From IMG/VR virus record IMGVR_UViG_3300042522_001545, positions 57,362 through 77,361 of that record: a stretch of 20,000 bases of DNA. The stretch is one strand, 5' to 3'. The notes under the pieces were generated by a model, which saw nothing but the letters and a program-made list of their open reading frames with translations, was not told the origin of the DNA and ran no database searches. Each line of letters begins with the position of its first letter. The first letter of the stretch is position 1. Made by a program: the position numbers and the translations under genes. The stretch is from an uncultured virus (IMG/VR IMGVR_UViG_3300042522_001545) (lineage: Duplodnaviria > Heunggongvirae > Uroviricota > Caudoviricetes). Of the stretch, positions 16,741-20,000 are shown one piece after another.

Positions 16741-17512
16741 CAATTTATCTGATAAAGAAAAAGAGAAGATTATCAGAACATGGTATGAAGAATTGAATAA
16801 AAGCTTTGCTGACATTGCTACAGCATGGTCAACTTATGCAAATAAGGTTAGAAGAGATGCTAAAAGATTTCAAATAACAATTCGCAATAAGTCAGACGCT
16901 CAAAAAAATGCTCTAAATACAGGAAAACACAAGCATCCCACAAAGGGTCAAGAGAGATCGTTAGAAATTAAAAATAAAATTGGTATGGGTGTTCTTAATT
17001 CATGGGAGTCATTGGATGCTTCTGAATTAGAATCTCGTAAAGCTAAAGCAAAAGCCAATTGGGAAAAATTAGACCATAATCAAAAAGAAAATATGCAACA
17101 AGCAGCTATTGTTGCTATAAGACAATCTAGTAAAGTTGGATCAAAATTAGAAAAATTCTTACTAAAGAACCTGCTATCTTCTGGTTTACATGTGGAGTTT
17201 CATAAGGAACAGTCTCTTGTTACCACCAAGTTGCAGATCGACCTGTTCCTGCCTAGTATTGGTACAGCTATTGAGGTTGACGGCCCTTCTCATTTTGAGC
17301 CAGTGTGGGGAGAGCAATCTCTGAGCAGAAATATAAAGTACGATAAAAAGAAAGAAGGACTAATCACTGGTAAGGGGTGGCATCTGATCAGAATCAAACA
17401 AACAAAAGATTTTTCAAATGCTAGAGGAACAATTATCTTAGAGAGATTATTACAAGCAATTAAATCTTGTGAGCAATCTAAAATACCATTAATTCTAACT
17501 ATAGAGGACTAA
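16715..17512 (+). CDS. Putative homing-type endonuclease: HTH + NUMOD3-like segment + Vsr/DUF559-like nuclease
   Basis: N-terminal Y...KSFADIA..W...ANKVRR (HTH-like); KGQERSLEIKNKIG (NUMOD3-like); C-terminal SKLEK...IDLFLP...AIEVDGPSH...D.KK......GWHLIRI. Confidence 0.7.
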   Translation: MKNSQNIYDNLSDKEKEKIIRTWYEELNKSFADIATAWSTYANKVRRDAKRFQITIRNKSDAQKNALNTGKHKHPTKGQERSLEIKNKIGMGVLNSWESLDASELESRKAKAKANWEKLDHNQKENMQQAAIVAIRQSSKVGSKLEKFLLKNLLSSGLHVEFHKEQSLVTTKLQIDLFLPSIGTAIEVDGPSHFEPVWGEQSLSRNIKYDKKKEGLITGKGWHLIRIKQTKDFSNARGTIILERLLQAIKSCEQSKIPLILTIED

Positions 17513-17515
17513 TTT

Positions 17516-18262
17516 ATGATGGCCAAGGTTGATAAGAGCAAGGACAAAGAAGTAGAAAACAAAGTAGCACCAACTCCCGAAAGTGATGTTGTAGCGTTGC
17601 CTAAGATTACCGATCTAGAATGGACAGATTATGTACTAGGTCTTTTATCTGATGATGAGAAAATTTCTGGCAATCCTACTACAGATGGTTTGCGTCGTAT
17701 TTTTGAATTGGCCTTAAATTGTCAGGTAATATCGTCAACCAGTGCGGTTGCTCAAGCCCCCAGTCCAGACAATGAAAAAAGAGCCACCGTTATTCATTCT
17801 ATAAGCTATCTTTTAAAAAACCAGTCAAGTGACACACAGGATTTAAATACTGTGACTGTTGACGGCGCTGCGGACGTTTATTGGGGTAATTGCGACAAGA
17901 TATATCGCAACCATCCGGTAGCTGTTGCTGAAACTAGGGCAGAGGGTAGGGCACTTCGTAGAGCATTGAGACTCAGGAAAGTAGTTGCTGCTGAAGAAAT
18001 ATCTAAGGAAATTGAAGATAATCCTGATTTAAACACTGTTTCTAAGATTAGTAATAATCAGATTAATTTCATTGACGTTATGGCCCAGAGACTTAATATT
18101 AATGTAATGAGGCTTTTCTCAGATAATCAACTACCAACTGACAATATTTACGGAATCTCTCATGAGGATGCTGTAACTGTAATTAGGCTATTGTCTAAGT
18201 ATCAGCAGAACACCAATGAGATATCGAATAGTATTGTTGGGTATTCTAAAGATTGGAAATAG
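17516..18262 (+). CDS. Possible single-strand annealing (Rad52/Sak-like) protein
   Basis: VAETRAEGRALRRAL helix after beta strands, resembling the AET.A.GRAL motif of phage annealing-type proteins; C-terminal ISNNQINFI...ISHEDAVTVI helical module. Confidence 0.45.
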   Translation: MMAKVDKSKDKEVENKVAPTPESDVVALPKITDLEWTDYVLGLLSDDEKISGNPTTDGLRRIFELALNCQVISSTSAVAQAPSPDNEKRATVIHSISYLLKNQSSDTQDLNTVTVDGAADVYWGNCDKIYRNHPVAVAETRAEGRALRRALRLRKVVAAEEISKEIEDNPDLNTVSKISNNQINFIDVMAQRLNINVMRLFSDNQLPTDNIYGISHEDAVTVIRLLSKYQQNTNEISNSIVGYSKDWK

Positions 18263-18264
18263 TT

Positions 18265-18612
18265 ATGAAAGTAATATATAAAGCTAGTGATAAACTAACC
18301 TTTGAATTAGAAGGTTCTGGCCAAAAAGAAGTTTTTAAGGAACTAGCCGTAATTCAAGAAATTTTTGCAGAAGAAAAGTGTGGCTTGTGTTCTTCAACCA
18401 ATTTAAGATTTATCGTTAGAAACGTTGAAGGTAATGATTATTATGAACTTCGCTGTGCAGACTGTGGAGCAATTCTTGCTTTTGGTCAACACAAAAAGGG
18501 TGGAACATTATTTCCAAAGAGGAAAGATGATAACGGAACAATACTGCCTAACAAGGGTTGGCATAAATGGTCCAAAGATCAAGCAGAGGGCAAGGCGGGG
18601 AAGAAGAGTTAA
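18265..18612 (+). CDS. Hypothetical zinc-ribbon protein
   Basis: CGLC...CADC. ATG 18265 follows the upstream TAG (18260-18262) by 2 nt, so it is preferred over TTG 18253. Confidence 0.75.
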   Translation: MKVIYKASDKLTFELEGSGQKEVFKELAVIQEIFAEEKCGLCSSTNLRFIVRNVEGNDYYELRCADCGAILAFGQHKKGGTLFPKRKDDNGTILPNKGWHKWSKDQAEGKAGKKS

Positions 18613-19016
18613 TCCTCTTTCCCCCATTTGCCGACTGGACATTCGGAAGAAGCCCAAGATAGTTTGCTGATAAATCTTTTATTGCGAACAATAGGACATC
18701 CACACTTATTGCAAGAAGAGTTGATAAAATGCTCACAACCATGGCATATTCTATATCTTTGTTCTATCTGTTCATCAGAGCAGAGTTTTGCTCCATTTTG
18801 TAAATGCTCCGATGCTGCATTAATGAAGCTTTTAACTTTTGTGGAAAATGATGCTAACTGTTCTTGATCTGTTTTGACAGAAGGCATACTGCACATAAGT
18901 GGGGGTGGTCCATCATCTGACATTATTCTGGTTCCACATTTAGAACATATATAAGTGTCTAAACCAGCTTCAATAAAAGTACAAAACCAAGAGTTGTCAA
19001 CTTCTTGAATACTCAT
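18609..19016 (-). CDS. Small Cys-rich hypothetical protein
   Basis: CSKC at the N-terminus and RYRICHGCEHF...CNKCGC...KLSWASSECPVGKW at the C-terminus; stop shares TTAA with the convergent gene. Confidence 0.8.
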   Translation of the reverse strand: MSIQEVDNSWFCTFIEAGLDTYICSKCGTRIMSDDGPPPLMCSMPSVKTDQEQLASFSTKVKSFINAASEHLQNGAKLCSDEQIEQRYRICHGCEHFINSSCNKCGCPIVRNKRFISKLSWASSECPVGKWGKED

Positions 19017-19998
19017 AAGGAATAAGCTCCCATGGGTAATAGGGTACCATAAGATCTGTTCTATTCTCTATCCTATCTATACTACCAAAAAAGCTCCTAA
19101 ATATCATTTCGTTTTGATGTTGAAAAAAAGGAGGAAGGGGAGCGTATCTTAGACTATTATCTGATAGTCTCTGTTGCAGACAAATCCAGCAGTATAGTCC
19201 GTTATTTATTGGTCCATTCAATCCAATTCCATCTACTTCAAAAGGTACTCTAGGATTAGATGATGATTGTTGTCTAAATATGTTGCGATTACCATATCTA
19301 TATACTGTTCCTAGTATATCGCAACCTCTTAACATTCTTGGTATTCTCTTAATTTGAACATCAATAGAGGTTATGTCGTCTAGATTGAAAATATTTTGTA
19401 CTCTGGTGCTAGTTCCGACCCTTCCTCCACCAATCACAAGTCCTCCAGAAAATGCAGAACCAATTAAACCAAACCCAGGAGGACTAGGAGAATCAGTTTG
19501 GCATTGTGGGATTCCCGGAACAGACTGAGTATCTGCCGAACCATCATTATGGGTTGGAGTATTATTAATTAGTGGTATCCAATATGTTTCTTTAGACTGT
19601 ACAGTTGTCTCATCCCCAGCTCCACCAATGCCTAAGCTATTATCAGCGTTTATATTAAAAAATCTTTCTTTGGTATATTTAGTCCAACCAGTAATCGCCG
19701 GATATTCACGCGACAATGCTGTTTTGTTTCTTTCAACAGTATTGAAAGGAATAGTATATTTATATGTCCTATATACTGCCGAAGAAAACCCCTCATCTCC
19801 GATAGCGTCGCTTGGAAATTGTGGAACATTTTCTTTGGAAGCAAAATCTGGACATACGTTATTATTTGCAACCACTGTACTACCAAATGCATTCATGCTA
19901 GATACATTGGCTTCTATACAAAAATATTCTGTAGAGTCTAATACTTTAGGATTACTAGTAAAATCTAAAACACAAGATTGTTTTGGGTCAATATTAAT
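18997..19998 (-). CDS. C-terminal part of a larger hypothetical protein (possibly virion-associated); 5' end outside window
   Basis: Frame is open from 19998 (INIDPKQSCVLDFTSNPKVLDSTEYFCIEANVSSMNAF...), so ATG 19896 is probably internal. Gly/Pro/Ser/Asn-rich. Confidence 0.7.
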   Translation of the reverse strand: MNIDPKQSCVLDFTSNPKVLDSTEYFCIEANVSSMNAFGSTVVANNNVCPDFASKENVPQFPSDAIGDEGFSSAVYRTYKYTIPFNTVERNKTALSREYPAITGWTKYTKERFFNINADNSLGIGGAGDETTVQSKETYWIPLINNTPTHNDGSADTQSVPGIPQCQTDSPSPPGFGLIGSAFSGGLVIGGGRVGTSTRVQNIFNLDDITSIDVQIKRIPRMLRGCDILGTVYRYGNRNIFRQQSSSNPRVPFEVDGIGLNGPINNGLYCWICLQQRLSDNSLRYAPLPPFFQHQNEMIFRSFFGSIDRIENRTDLMVPYYPWELIPYEYSRS

Positions 19999-20000
19999 CC

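Noticed and set aside
18425..19892. Alternative ORFs 18425-18670, 18548-18742, 18628-18867, 19650-19892
   Set aside because: They overlap better-supported genes and have no recognisable features.
1..20000. Alternative genetic code (TAG/TGA recoding)
   Set aside because: Standard code gives near-complete coding density, and TAA, TAG and TGA all terminate genes at tight junctions.
1..20000. tRNA, rRNA or structured ncRNA genes
   Set aside because: The only intergenic gaps of note (10401-10467 and 10840-10904) are explained by the ssb promoter/RBS and terminator; no cloverleaf or rRNA-like sequence was seen.

Overview
Gene-dense, AT-rich segment that reads like the DNA replication/recombination module of a large dsDNA bacteriophage (standard code, abutting or overlapping genes, no cellular housekeeping context). 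On the + strand it runs: 3' end of a divergent RecA/UvsX, a Vsr/DUF559-like nuclease, a possible UvsY-like protein, a Zn-ribbon protein, DnaB helicase, DnaG primase, dNMP kinase and a Cas4/AddB-like exonuclease. Next is a C-family DNA polymerase III alpha (DnaE) split into two genes with no intein; an unannotated 59-aa Cys-containing ORF and a DEDDh 3'-5' exonuclease lie between the halves. Then come ssb (own sigma70-type promoter and terminator), a seven-gene glycosyltransferase/methyltransferase/nucleotidyltransferase-like cluster in which most members look catalytically degenerate, a putative homing-type endonuclease, a possible ssDNA-annealing protein and another Zn-ribbon protein. Two convergent - strand genes end the window. 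The most striking items are the intein-free split DnaE cassette, a RecA lacking the trans-acting KNK lysines, a helicase with an SSB-like acidic 'IPF' tail, and the pseudoenzyme-rich glycosylation cluster. All family calls come from motif recognition by eye; no searches were run.
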